A program made the translations under genes and the position numbers. The notes beneath the pieces were generated by a model. It did no database searches. It was not told the origin of the DNA and saw only the letters and a list, made by a program, of their open reading frames with translations. Positions 16,557 through 24,000 of a DNA stretch of 24,000 bases are shown here, one piece after another (position 1 is the first letter of the stretch; each line of letters begins with the position of its first letter). The stretch comes from Alkalimonas amylolytica. Lineage in GTDB: Bacteria > Pseudomonadota > Gammaproteobacteria > Enterobacterales > Alteromonadaceae. Where the stretch lies: contig NZ_FNRM01000001.1 in assembly GCF_900107845.1 (NCBI RefSeq), positions 405,209 through 429,208 on the forward strand, read 5' to 3'.

Positions 16557-16617
16557 GTGTATTTCTCCTGTTGTGAATACACTTAAAGTCTAGTCAGGTC
16601 GTGCAAGAGCCACACTA

Positions 16618-16686
16618 ACCAAAACACCGCAGCAATCGACCAAAACACTTTAACCATCACTGAACAAAGCGAACCGGTGTTTTGGT
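16618..16686. promoter_or_regulatory. Cluster of three copies of the ACCAAAACAC(CG) motif in the bufA / thioredoxin divergent control region
   Basis: ACCAAAACACCG at 16618-16629 (+). ACCAAAACAC at 16639-16648 (+), starting 21 bp later. CGGTGTTTTGGT at 16675-16686 is the exact reverse complement of the 12-mer. Confidence 0.55.
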
Positions 16687-16776
16687 GGATGCAACGGGTG
16701 CGGTGGTTGATGACGAAAATCCTTATTTCTCTCACACTGGTTGGCGAATCATCCACAACCTGAAGAGGACTTCATT

Positions 16777-17208
16777 ATGAAAACCATGATTACTGTCGCT
16801 ATTGCAGTCATCTCCCTGGCTGCAGCGGCATTTTTCCTGCTGACACCAGCCAATGCTTCCACCGAGCATCTGGTCAAACACAAACAAGCCTTTACTGAAA
16901 CCGCGTTTCGGCAAGCGCAAGCTGAAAACCGGCTGATTTTGATCGATGTGTATGCACCCTGGTGCCCGACCTGTCGCCGTCAGCACACCGTATTGAATGA
17001 CTATTTTGCCCAAAACCCCAACAGCGACATCCTGGTGCTGCAAGTAGATTTTGATAACCAGAAAGACTGGGTCAGTTACTTCAAGGCGCCACGTCAGTCG
17101 ACCTTGGCGCTGTATCGTGGTGAAGAGCAGCTCTGGTTTAGTGTGGCCCAAACCCGTGAAAGTACCATCTTTGCCGAACTGAAAAAACACGACCAGGGCG
17201 CTGACTGA
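16777..17208 (+). CDS. Exported thioredoxin-family protein (WCPTC active site)
   Basis: The ATG at 16777 gives MKTMITVAIAVISLAAAAFF, a signal or anchor sequence. The active-site motif is APWCPTC. The track's TTG start at 16741 is less likely. Confidence 0.8.
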   Translation: MKTMITVAIAVISLAAAAFFLLTPANASTEHLVKHKQAFTETAFRQAQAENRLILIDVYAPWCPTCRRQHTVLNDYFAQNPNSDILVLQVDFDNQKDWVSYFKAPRQSTLALYRGEEQLWFSVAQTRESTIFAELKKHDQGAD

Positions 17209-17210
17209 TT

Positions 17211-17912
17211 ATGGAGTTTACCGCCATCCCACTGGCACTGATAGCAGGCGTGCTGAGCCTGTTATCACCTTGCGTTCTGCCAATGATCCCGGCGGTGACG
17301 GCATCGGCCATGCGGGCCTCCAAAACCGGCGTCTGGTTTTTGGCGGCAGGTTTAGCCTTTACCTTTGCCCTGGGTGGCTCTTTGCTGACCTACCTGCTGC
17401 TCAGCGCCGGTTTATCGCCCGATATTATGCGTACCTTTGCCGCAGTCTTTATGCTGGTGATGGGGTTGGTGCTGGTGGTTGGCTGGCTGAATCAGCAATT
17501 TAGTCTGCTGTTGTCACGCCTGACCAGCCGGCTGCCGGCTGGCGGCCAGTTGGCAGACTCCTCAGACCGCCCAGCCTTTCAGTTTGTGATCGGTGGCTCT
17601 CTAGGTCTGGTGTGGTTGCCTTGTGTTGGCCCAACGCTCGGAGCTGCCATTGCACTGGCATCTACAGGCCAGAATATGCTGATGTCGTTTAGCGTGATGC
17701 TGGCATTTGGCCTTGGTACCGCTTTGCCATTGGTGGGTTTGGGGTACGCCGCTGGTACCCGACTGAACACCCTGCGTGCTTCCGGCAAAGTTGGGCGACT
17801 GTTGCTGGGTTATGCCCTGCTGCTGATTGCCCTGATGATCTTTACCGGTTTTGACAAGGTGATGGAGCTCTGGGCCATTGACTATCTGCCGGATTGGGTG
17901 ACCACCCTTTAG
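17211..17912 (+). CDS. ccdA: CcdA/DsbD-type thiol:disulfide electron-transfer membrane protein
   Basis: 233 aa, multi-TM, with LSPCVLPMIP and WLPCVGP, the two conserved Cys motifs of CcdA. It starts 2 nt after the thioredoxin stop. Confidence 0.85.
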   Translation: MEFTAIPLALIAGVLSLLSPCVLPMIPAVTASAMRASKTGVWFLAAGLAFTFALGGSLLTYLLLSAGLSPDIMRTFAAVFMLVMGLVLVVGWLNQQFSLLLSRLTSRLPAGGQLADSSDRPAFQFVIGGSLGLVWLPCVGPTLGAAIALASTGQNMLMSFSVMLAFGLGTALPLVGLGYAAGTRLNTLRASGKVGRLLLGYALLLIALMIFTGFDKVMELWAIDYLPDWVTTL

Positions 17913-17977
17913 TCCTTTGGGTGGTGGGGTGAACACCAGGCAGCAACCGACCTCGCCACCCTTTTTTGGAGACAACG

Positions 17978-18880
17978 ATGAAGAACACAACACTATTACG
18001 AGCCGCCCTACTCATCAACAGCGCTTTCTCGGCGCTGAGTGCACTGTTGATGCTGCTTTGGACCGACACCATCGCCAACCTGCTCGGTTTGTCAACGCAT
18101 GGCCTGCTGTTGCTGGTCTCTGCTGGTTTACTGCTATTTACCGCCGACTTGTTGCACCAGGCGCTGCAACCCCGTTTGGCCAGTTGGCGTGCCCTTTATG
18201 CCAGCATGGCGGATCTGCTCTGGGTTGTCCTCTCTGTACTGCTTACTGTGGTTTTTTATAGCGCCATACCCACAGCTGGTATCGTGCTGGTGATCAGTAT
18301 CGCCGGATTCGTGCTGTTATTTGCCTTGTTGCAGCTTTATGGCATTCGTCAACTGCACCTAAACCCGGCTACCGGCCTGTATCGGCATTGTCTGGTGGTC
18401 CGAACTCAGGCGCCAGCAAGGCAGTTATGGCCAGTGATCGCTGATTTAGGAAGTATCAGCCGTTTCGTGCCGATGTTAGCGCACTCTGAAGTGCTCAATG
18501 ATCTGCCCGCAGCTCAAGGTGCCGTCCGTCGCTGCACCAATCAGAAAGGACAAAGCTGGAGCGAGCTTTGCACCGACTGGCAGGAAGGGACCTCCTTTTC
18601 GTTACGCTTTCTGACCGATGAACCAGGCTTCCCATTCCCCGCCTCTGTCATGCTCGGCGGTTGGTCCGTGCAGTCAACCGATCAGGGCTCAGAAGTAACC
18701 ATCTGGTGGGAGTTGATGCCAAAACCAGCCTGGATGGCTCCGGTGATGCTGCCGATGTTGGCTTTTGGTGCGGATAAAGATTTTCCTGGTGTGATTGCCA
18801 AAATGGCAGTAGCTTCACAGGAACAGTTGGAGGAACCCATTTCTCAATTCAGAGCAAGATTATTGCCGAGGCTTTGTTAG
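17978..18880 (+). CDS. Membrane-anchored SRPBCC (START/polyketide-cyclase-like) family protein
   Basis: The ATG at 17978 is preceded by GGAG. The N-terminal ~120 aa are hydrophobic (about 4 TM). The C-terminal ~170 aa follow the SRPBCC pattern (VWPVIADLGSISRFVPM...WSEL...). Confidence 0.6.
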   Translation: MKNTTLLRAALLINSAFSALSALLMLLWTDTIANLLGLSTHGLLLLVSAGLLLFTADLLHQALQPRLASWRALYASMADLLWVVLSVLLTVVFYSAIPTAGIVLVISIAGFVLLFALLQLYGIRQLHLNPATGLYRHCLVVRTQAPARQLWPVIADLGSISRFVPMLAHSEVLNDLPAAQGAVRRCTNQKGQSWSELCTDWQEGTSFSLRFLTDEPGFPFPASVMLGGWSVQSTDQGSEVTIWWELMPKPAWMAPVMLPMLAFGADKDFPGVIAKMAVASQEQLEEPISQFRARLLPRLC

Positions 18881-18929
18881 TTTCATAGCTTGCCGTAGAC
18901 ATCAGCGAATGAAGCAAGCTTGAATGATT

Positions 18930-19901
18930 TCAGGCTTGCTCTTTTGCAACGGCAATCGCGACAATACCAACTTTCTGACCTGTTTCAACATATTGATATG
19001 CTGCAGAAATTTGCTCCAACGGATACACCCGGTCGATAACCGCACGATAGCGAACATCTTTAAGGTAACCTGAGAGGTCAGTAAGCAGATTTTCTCTGAT
19101 ATCCGGGATTGCGAACCTCACCTTTTTACTGCCTGTAAGTGTGCAAAATAAAGCCAATAATGGGTTTTGCCAAAATCGTCCAACATCGGTGGCAGCAAAG
19201 CGACCGTCTTTTAACAAAAGATGCCGACACCGCCCATAAGAAGTTTTCCCCACCGCATCCAGAATGCTGTTAAAACGTTCTGGGGTAGCAGTAAAGTCTT
19301 GTGCCGTATAATCAATGACCACATCAGCACCGAGCTGCCGGGCAAGCTCGACTTGCGCACTCGCCACCACGGCAGTTACCCTTGCTCCCTGCAGCTTTGC
19401 CAGTTGCACAGCAGCAATGCCTATGGCCCCTGATGCACCATAAATAAGAATATGCTGCCCTGCTTGTACAGCTAAACTCCGAAGAGCGACATCTGCATAC
19501 CAAGCACCTTCTGTAACAACGCAATCAAGATAACTCAAGTTGTCTGGTATCAAAGCTATCGGTGACTTTTCAGATAGGCAAATGTACTCAGCATGCGCCC
19601 CATAAGATGAAGGAGACATACCAAACACAGGATCCCCAACCTTAAAACGCTGCACAGCAGGCCCTGTTGCCACCACCTCACCTGAAAAATCCAACCCTAA
19701 AACCTGATGCTTGGGCCGAAACAAACCAAGTGCTAATCTCGCTATATACGGATAACCCCTCAATAAGCCCAGATCTGTGCGATTCACCGTGGTCGTCTGA
19801 ACTTTTATTAACAGCTGATCGGCTGAAGGCTCAGGTACCGGCAAACCTTTCAGTTTCAGTTGGTCGGGGCCGCCATATCGTTCACAGACTACAGCTTTCA
19901 T
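18930..19901 (-). CDS. NAD(P)H-dependent MDR-family oxidoreductase (quinone oxidoreductase/zeta-crystallin-like)
   Basis: 323 aa with MKAVVCERYGGPDQLKL, GLDFSGEVVATG and the Rossmann motif ILIYGASGAIGIAAVQLAK. Confidence 0.85.
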   Translation of the reverse strand: MKAVVCERYGGPDQLKLKGLPVPEPSADQLLIKVQTTTVNRTDLGLLRGYPYIARLALGLFRPKHQVLGLDFSGEVVATGPAVQRFKVGDPVFGMSPSSYGAHAEYICLSEKSPIALIPDNLSYLDCVVTEGAWYADVALRSLAVQAGQHILIYGASGAIGIAAVQLAKLQGARVTAVVASAQVELARQLGADVVIDYTAQDFTATPERFNSILDAVGKTSYGRCRHLLLKDGRFAATDVGRFWQNPLLALFCTLTGSKKVRFAIPDIRENLLTDLSGYLKDVRYRAVIDRVYPLEQISAAYQYVETGQKVGIVAIAVAKEQA

Positions 19902-20143
19902 GAATTCATCACCTCTGCTTCAGAGTCTCATCTGCTCATTAAAACCACTATGCCAGCAATGGCTCACGACCGCTATGGTCGTTTTAAGTTATTCAGAACA
20001 TCTCGTTTCCCGGCCAGACAACGGAACAATGACTTCGCAGTAAGACCTGCTTCCCGACGGCTGCTGGCTGCTTTACATCTACTTGCCAGCACCCTGGATC
20101 AATGGTTAACAATCTCGACTTCAAACACATTAAATTAACACCA

Positions 20144-20178
20144 TTTATTTGCAACAAATAAACAGGTCGCGTTAGAAT
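20144..20178 (+). promoter_or_regulatory. Candidate sigma70 promoter with an overlapping perfect inverted repeat (possible operator) upstream of the orphan gene
   Basis: TTGCAA (20149-20154), an 18-nt spacer, then TAGAAT (20173-20178). The inverted repeat TTTATTTG-CAA-CAAATAAA at 20144-20162 spans the -35 element. Confidence 0.4.
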
Positions 20179-20210
20179 ATTGCAAATTTTAACTTCAATG
20201 GAAATGAATA

Positions 20211-20717
20211 ATGCAAGCAGAAGGTGTTAAAGTCTGTGCAGAACTTTGTGAGGACCAAGCGTTTATCCGCGTGTTAGATCAACTGGCGTCCAGTATTGCC
20301 ATGAAAATTGGCATTGCTAATGATAACCTGAGCCGTGATAGTACCCGACAAAATCAGGAGTTAGGGGCAGTTATTTATCACCGTTCTGCCCGCAGAGGGT
20401 TATTGGGCATAGGCAGCAAGCCAGAGCGTTATGAGGTAAGCCGGGTTGGAACCGATGTCCCCCTACTGGCTAGTGTAGGTGTGCAAAATGGCTTTGCAAC
20501 AAGCTACACCAAAATTTCTGAAAGCGAGCATGTGGTTGCGGTCGTCATTGGTCTGCCGTTAAATGCAAAATTGCATATTTTAAGCATGTCTAGTCATCAA
20601 AACTACTGGATCTCTTATGCAAAAAAGGTAGATAAGCCAGTTTTTCTGGTAGGGACGGGGCAAATGGCTGGTACTCGTTTTATCGTGCACAATGGGCAAT
20701 TTAAACGTTTAAGGTAA
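20211..20717 (+). CDS. Hypothetical cytoplasmic protein, no family recognised
   Basis: 168-aa ORF with no signal peptide or TM segment. It is the first gene of the lower-GC islet and is followed after 4 nt by the paralog array. Confidence 0.55.
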   Translation: MQAEGVKVCAELCEDQAFIRVLDQLASSIAMKIGIANDNLSRDSTRQNQELGAVIYHRSARRGLLGIGSKPERYEVSRVGTDVPLLASVGVQNGFATSYTKISESEHVVAVVIGLPLNAKLHILSMSSHQNYWISYAKKVDKPVFLVGTGQMAGTRFIVHNGQFKRLR

Positions 20718-20721
20718 CATC

Positions 20722-21114
20722 ATGGCGAACCGACTGCTTATCACAGTTTTTATTCTGCTATTTATGCAGGGGTGTAAGCCCACACAGCAGCAAACCGTAT
20801 TTTATGGCCAACCCTATGTTTACGTCAGTATGTTTGAATTGTTGGTGCATACTGAGCGCTTTAACTGGCGCGACTTTATTATTAGAGGCTATTTGGCCGA
20901 TGGCTATCTTTATCTAAGCCCTGAGCAGGCCAAGCATCGAGATACCAGTTATGCCATCGCCATTCACCCAGACTTATCGAGTCCAGCTATTAACTTTAGC
21001 GATTTTAACGAGAAGTGGGTTTTTATCAATGGAAGGCTGTTATTTGAATACGATTCAAAAGCTTATGCAGGCTACAGCACCCTAGTTGTCCGTGAAATTT
21101 CAAGCCGCGATTAA
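20722..21114 (+). CDS. Putative lipoprotein, divergent member 1 of a three-gene tandem paralog family (unknown function)
   Basis: 130 aa with a lipobox-like LLFMQGC. The segment QPYVYVSMFELLVHTERFNWRDFIIRGYL aligns with LPYTQTSLLQLIAHPERFYNTNIQVSAFY of member 2. Confidence 0.6.
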   Translation: MANRLLITVFILLFMQGCKPTQQQTVFYGQPYVYVSMFELLVHTERFNWRDFIIRGYLADGYLYLSPEQAKHRDTSYAIAIHPDLSSPAINFSDFNEKWVFINGRLLFEYDSKAYAGYSTLVVREISSRD

Positions 21115-21127
21115 GGAACCCAAAGAA

Positions 21128-21583
21128 ATGCGCAGACCATTAATTCAGACCTTAATTACTGCTGCTGTTCTGTACTGCCACTTCAGCAGCTATGCAAGTG
21201 GCAAGGATGCGCCACCGATTCAAGCTGCCAGTCTTCCCTATACTCAAACCTCGTTACTGCAATTAATTGCTCATCCAGAACGCTTCTACAATACTAACAT
21301 CCAGGTGAGTGCTTTCTATTACTTCGACAGACTAACGATTAGTTTGGATTCATCTTTACGTGATGAGTTCAGAGTGAATTTAATGATCGATGACTATGAA
21401 CTGAGGGGGAGTCAGTGCAATGAACAGTGGATTGTTCTTGAAGGCCATCTTTTACCCGTGTTTGATCAAGAGCGCAGGTATACCTATGGACGAGTCATCC
21501 CTGATCGCCTTACCATCAGAGAAAGTGGCGTTGTCTGCTGGCAACGGACTGAACCCTACCAATACCCACTGGTCAGCAACTAA
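21128..21583 (+). CDS. Exported protein, tandem paralog 2 (unknown family, 2 conserved Cys)
   Basis: The ATG at 21128 follows an AAGGA Shine-Dalgarno. Signal peptide LITAAVLYCHFSSYASG. It shares LPYTQTS, HPERxYNxNIxVS, CNxQWxVLEGHxLPVF and CWQRT with paralog 3. Confidence 0.65.
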   Translation: MRRPLIQTLITAAVLYCHFSSYASGKDAPPIQAASLPYTQTSLLQLIAHPERFYNTNIQVSAFYYFDRLTISLDSSLRDEFRVNLMIDDYELRGSQCNEQWIVLEGHLLPVFDQERRYTYGRVIPDRLTIRESGVVCWQRTEPYQYPLVSN

Positions 21584-21635
21584 TTAATGCAGCAAACCAA
21601 GATTGGCACAGCCGTTTCAAGGAGCCCAACAGCAT

Positions 21636-22094
21636 ATGACTACATTTTTTCTTCGACTCGCAACCATCACCAGTACAGCCATCTTCGCCGCCAGCCTCGG
21701 GGCTGTTAACGCTGAGCCACCCTCGGTGCAAGCTGCCAAACTGCCTTATACCCAAACGTCCGTGCTGCATTTACTTGTGCACCCAGAGCGCTACTACAAC
21801 CGCAATATCCGCGTCAGTGGGTACTACCTGCCATCGGTTGGTTTAACCATCAGCAAAGACGCACAATTGCAGTATGAATTTGCCGCCCCTTTGCTAAATG
21901 AAGAGACTGAAACCGGACTCACAGCCTGTAACCAACAATGGGTGGTGCTGGAAGGCCACTTCCTGCCTGTATTTGCTCAAGAAGAACGCACAACTCAAGG
22001 GCGTATTATTGCCGATCGTCTTACCGTCATGGCAAGCAATCAGATGTGCTGGCAGCGTACTACGTCTGTCGATCTCAAACAGATTAGCAGCTAA
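21636..22094 (+). CDS. Exported protein, tandem paralog 3 (unknown family, 2 conserved Cys)
   Basis: The ATG at 21636 follows an AAGGAG Shine-Dalgarno. Signal peptide LATITSTAIFAASLGAVNA. It shares the same conserved blocks as paralog 2. Confidence 0.65.
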   Translation: MTTFFLRLATITSTAIFAASLGAVNAEPPSVQAAKLPYTQTSVLHLLVHPERYYNRNIRVSGYYLPSVGLTISKDAQLQYEFAAPLLNEETETGLTACNQQWVVLEGHFLPVFAQEERTTQGRIIADRLTVMASNQMCWQRTTSVDLKQISS

Positions 22095-22174
22095 TTCAAC
22101 CATCAAGTTAAAAGCGGGTCACTGAGATTTAGCAAATCTGTGAGTGGCCCAGCATTCGGAAGTAGCAGGCTTCA

Positions 22175-22432
22175 CTACTGCCTAAAGGTACGCCAGGCGT
22201 ACCTGGCCGTGAAGAAAGCAAAGCCAAGGTGCAGTACAATGGAAAACCAGAAAATAGAAGGGTCATCCTGCAACGTATGGACAGGCCCGGCGAGAGCGGC
22301 GTGATGCAAACCAGGAGCAACACCTGTTATAAGGCCTTTCGCTGCCCGGTAAAAAAGCATCAGGGATAGCACTGCACAAACTGCAGCGATAAGGTAAGGG
22401 TCCAGCGCGGACTCACGGTATCTTTTGGGCAT
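22175..22432 (-). CDS. Small two-TM membrane protein, hypothetical
   Basis: 85-aa ORF with two hydrophobic helices (LIAAVCAVLSLMLFY and IFWFSIVLHLGFAFF). The overlapping ORF 22129..22323 is judged a shadow. Confidence 0.45.
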   Translation of the reverse strand: MPKRYRESALDPYLIAAVCAVLSLMLFYRAAKGLITGVAPGLHHAALAGPVHTLQDDPSIFWFSIVLHLGFAFFTARYAWRTFRQ

Positions 22433-22590
22433 GCATTCTCCTGGCTAAACATCGTCTCATTTGCTGCGCTGTTCTGCAGGCAATTATACACCATCAACTT
22501 TGGAAAACATGCGGTGTTTCAGTTCCGAGCATTCGCCTGCTACACTGAGCCCTAACTAAAAAAGGTGCGGTAAAGACCCCGAGGTATGGT

Positions 22591-23802
22591 GTGCGCTTTT
22601 TGATCCTGACTCCAGTTTTACTATTAGCCATGCTGCTGGCAGTCTGGCCGGAGCATGCGCTGTTCACAGCACTGCCCTTCCCGCTCACAGCCTGGCTGGC
22701 GCTGGCTTTTGTTGCCTCGCTGGCGCTGTTGATGCGCCAAACCGATTGGCTGTACTGGCTGGCTTTTTTGGCAGGCCATTACTACGCGGTACAGCAAGGC
22801 TTGCAGCGCCCGATCAGTGAGCCTGCGGTTGCCCTGTTGTACAGTTACCTGCCAGTGCTAAGTGCGCTTTGGCTGGGCTTTCTGGTGCTGCTGCCCCGAC
22901 CGCCTCTGCTCACTAAAGCCGGCATTGCCTTGTTCGTATGCTCAGCCTTGCTGCCGGTCTGTTTGTTGTATTTGCCTTTGCCCAACTGGCAGGATGGCCT
23001 GCCCGATTACCACTGGCTGCTGCAACCGGTGCTAAGCGCCAGCCCGTTAAGTTGGCTGCAAGCAACGGTCCTATTGCTGGTCGTTGCCATGTGGCTGGCC
23101 TTGCTGAGTTACCGCAACTGGCCCAAGCCGATGCTGGGGCAACTGGCAGTGCTGCTATGCCTTACGCTGTTTTATCTGTGGCTGGCACAGCCAGAACTCT
23201 CTGGTTGGGCCACCCTGATAGCCAGCAGTTGTTTGCTGCTGACCCTGGCGCTGCAAATGCTGCAGCTGGCCTATATTGATGAGCTGACCCAGTTACCGCA
23301 GCGCCGGGCACTTATCGGGCATTTAAACCGGCTCGGTAAGAAAAGTGCCGTGACCATGCTGGATGTCGATCATTTTAAGAAGTTTAACGATACCTATGGC
23401 CATGATGTCGGCGATCAGGTGCTGCGCCTGCTGGGTGCCATTCTGGCTAAACAACGCGGCATGACGGCTTACCGTTATGGCGGTGAGGAATTTACCCTGG
23501 TGTTTCACCATGCCAACCCGAAAAAGTTAAAGGAGCAACTGGAGCAGGTACGCCAGCAGGTGGCCGATTACCCGCTGGTGGTACGACAAGCCGGCCGGCC
23601 AAAAGACAGCGACACCGGCAAAAAACAACGCAGTTCGGGCCAAAAGAGTGGCGGCAGTAAAACAGTACAAATTACCATTAGCCTAGGCTGCGCCATCCGC
23701 CAGCCCGGTGAAAAGCCAGAGCCGCTTTTAAAAAGAGCCGATGAAGCGCTGTACAAAGCCAAGAAAAAAGGCCGAAATTGTGTCGTACTGACATCCAGCT
23801 AA
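22591..23802 (+). CDS. Membrane-bound diguanylate cyclase (multi-TM N-domain plus GGDEF)
   Basis: 403 aa with a GTG start and ~230 aa of Leu/Trp-rich TM helices. The GGDEF domain follows, with DVDHFKKFNDTYGHDVGD, RYGGEEF and ADEALYKAKKKGRN. Confidence 0.85.
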   Translation: MRFLILTPVLLLAMLLAVWPEHALFTALPFPLTAWLALAFVASLALLMRQTDWLYWLAFLAGHYYAVQQGLQRPISEPAVALLYSYLPVLSALWLGFLVLLPRPPLLTKAGIALFVCSALLPVCLLYLPLPNWQDGLPDYHWLLQPVLSASPLSWLQATVLLLVVAMWLALLSYRNWPKPMLGQLAVLLCLTLFYLWLAQPELSGWATLIASSCLLLTLALQMLQLAYIDELTQLPQRRALIGHLNRLGKKSAVTMLDVDHFKKFNDTYGHDVGDQVLRLLGAILAKQRGMTAYRYGGEEFTLVFHHANPKKLKEQLEQVRQQVADYPLVVRQAGRPKDSDTGKKQRSSGQKSGGSKTVQITISLGCAIRQPGEKPEPLLKRADEALYKAKKKGRNCVVLTSS

Positions 23803-23807
23803 CAAAA

Positions 23808-23827
23808 AGCCAGGCAAAAGCCTGGCT
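23808..23827. terminator. Bidirectional rho-independent terminator between the GGDEF and chemoreceptor genes
   Basis: Perfect 8-bp stem AGCCAGGC / GCCTGGCT with loop AAAA. It is flanked by A5 on the left (T-run for the minus-strand gene) and GGTTT on the right. Confidence 0.6.
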
Positions 23828-23848
23828 GGTTTGAGGTCGTAGCACTGA

Positions 23849-24000
23849 TCAGCTGGTTTTAAAGCGGGCCACTTGCTGCCCTAAGCCGCTGGCAACCCGC
23901 TGCAACGCAGCAACAGCACCACGGTTTTGCTGCATCACTACGGCATTATCCCGCGACATACTGGCAATTTGTTCAATGTGTTTGGCAAGCTCGGTCACTG
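23849..24000 (-). CDS. C-terminal end of a methyl-accepting chemotaxis protein, 5' part outside the window
   Basis: The minus-strand frame reads ...VTELAKHIEQIASMSRDNAVVMQQNRGAVAALQRVASGLGQQVARFKTS, with the stop at 23849-23851. This is the typical MCP signalling-domain C-terminus ending in x-F-K. Confidence 0.6.
   Translation of the reverse strand, partial: VTELAKHIEQIASMSRDNAVVMQQNRGAVAALQRVASGLGQQVARFKTS

Noticed and set aside
19860-20138. 92-aa ORF upstream of the islet, and a minus-strand 47-codon ORF in the same region (checked as a possible remnant of a divergent LysR-type regulator)
   Set aside because: It overlaps the start of the oxidoreductase gene, has no Shine-Dalgarno, and shows no HTH or other motif in any frame. 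The region is left as non-coding leader or promoter.
20211-20717. Assignment of the 168-aa protein to DUF4329 (Rhs-associated domain), based on ELGAVIYH...RYEVSRVG
   Set aside because: The resemblance is limited to a few residues, and the His-containing C-terminal motif I associate with that family is missing. This is too weak to call without a profile search.
1-24000. CRISPR arrays, rRNA genes, IS elements/transposases, retron-like or toxin-antitoxin small gene pairs
   Set aside because: No regularly spaced direct repeats and no rRNA-like conserved stretches were seen. No transposase-like ORFs or terminal inverted repeats were seen either. All small ORF pairs turned out to be shadows of larger genes.

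Overview
The window joins the integrase-proximal end of an AT-rich genomic island (1..~6790) to GC-richer chromosome that looks gammaproteobacterial (6791..24000). GC was judged by eye only: about one third in the island cargo versus over half in the core.

Island content, left to right:
- the 3' tail of an excisionase/HTH-type gene;
- an RloC-like zinc-hook ABC ATPase (AAA_13 type), which is one ~870-codon reading frame broken by a single in-frame TAA at 1933-1935;
- a PARIS-like pair, an AriA-like ABC ATPase plus an AriB-like DUF4435/TOPRIM protein;
- a hairpin terminator;
- a P4-type tyrosine integrase on the minus strand;
- a 45-nt 3' fragment of a tRNA with a CAU anticodon loop, resembling tRNA-Ile2, that marks the att junction.

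Core content:
- a family-3 periplasmic binding protein and a DUF502 membrane protein;
- a tightly coupled six-gene minus-strand operon: pseudo-receiver-like protein, HD-GYP with a C-terminal Cys4 ribbon, NrtS, DinB, an NRDE(TANGO2)-PlsC fusion, and an OlsB-like GNAT;
- an AraC-family regulator;
- a complete bufferin-type RiPP cluster (DUF2282 precursor, DUF692/MNIO, DUF2063, DoxX), divergent from a thioredoxin-CcdA pair. An exact 12-mer repeated in the shared control region recurs at the AraC gene start;
- a membrane-anchored SRPBCC protein and an MDR oxidoreductase;
- a lower-GC islet with an orphan protein followed by three tandem paralogous exported proteins of unknown family;
- a small membrane protein, a membrane GGDEF cyclase, and the 3' end of a chemoreceptor gene.

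I found no rRNA, intact tRNA, CRISPR array or IS/transposase.
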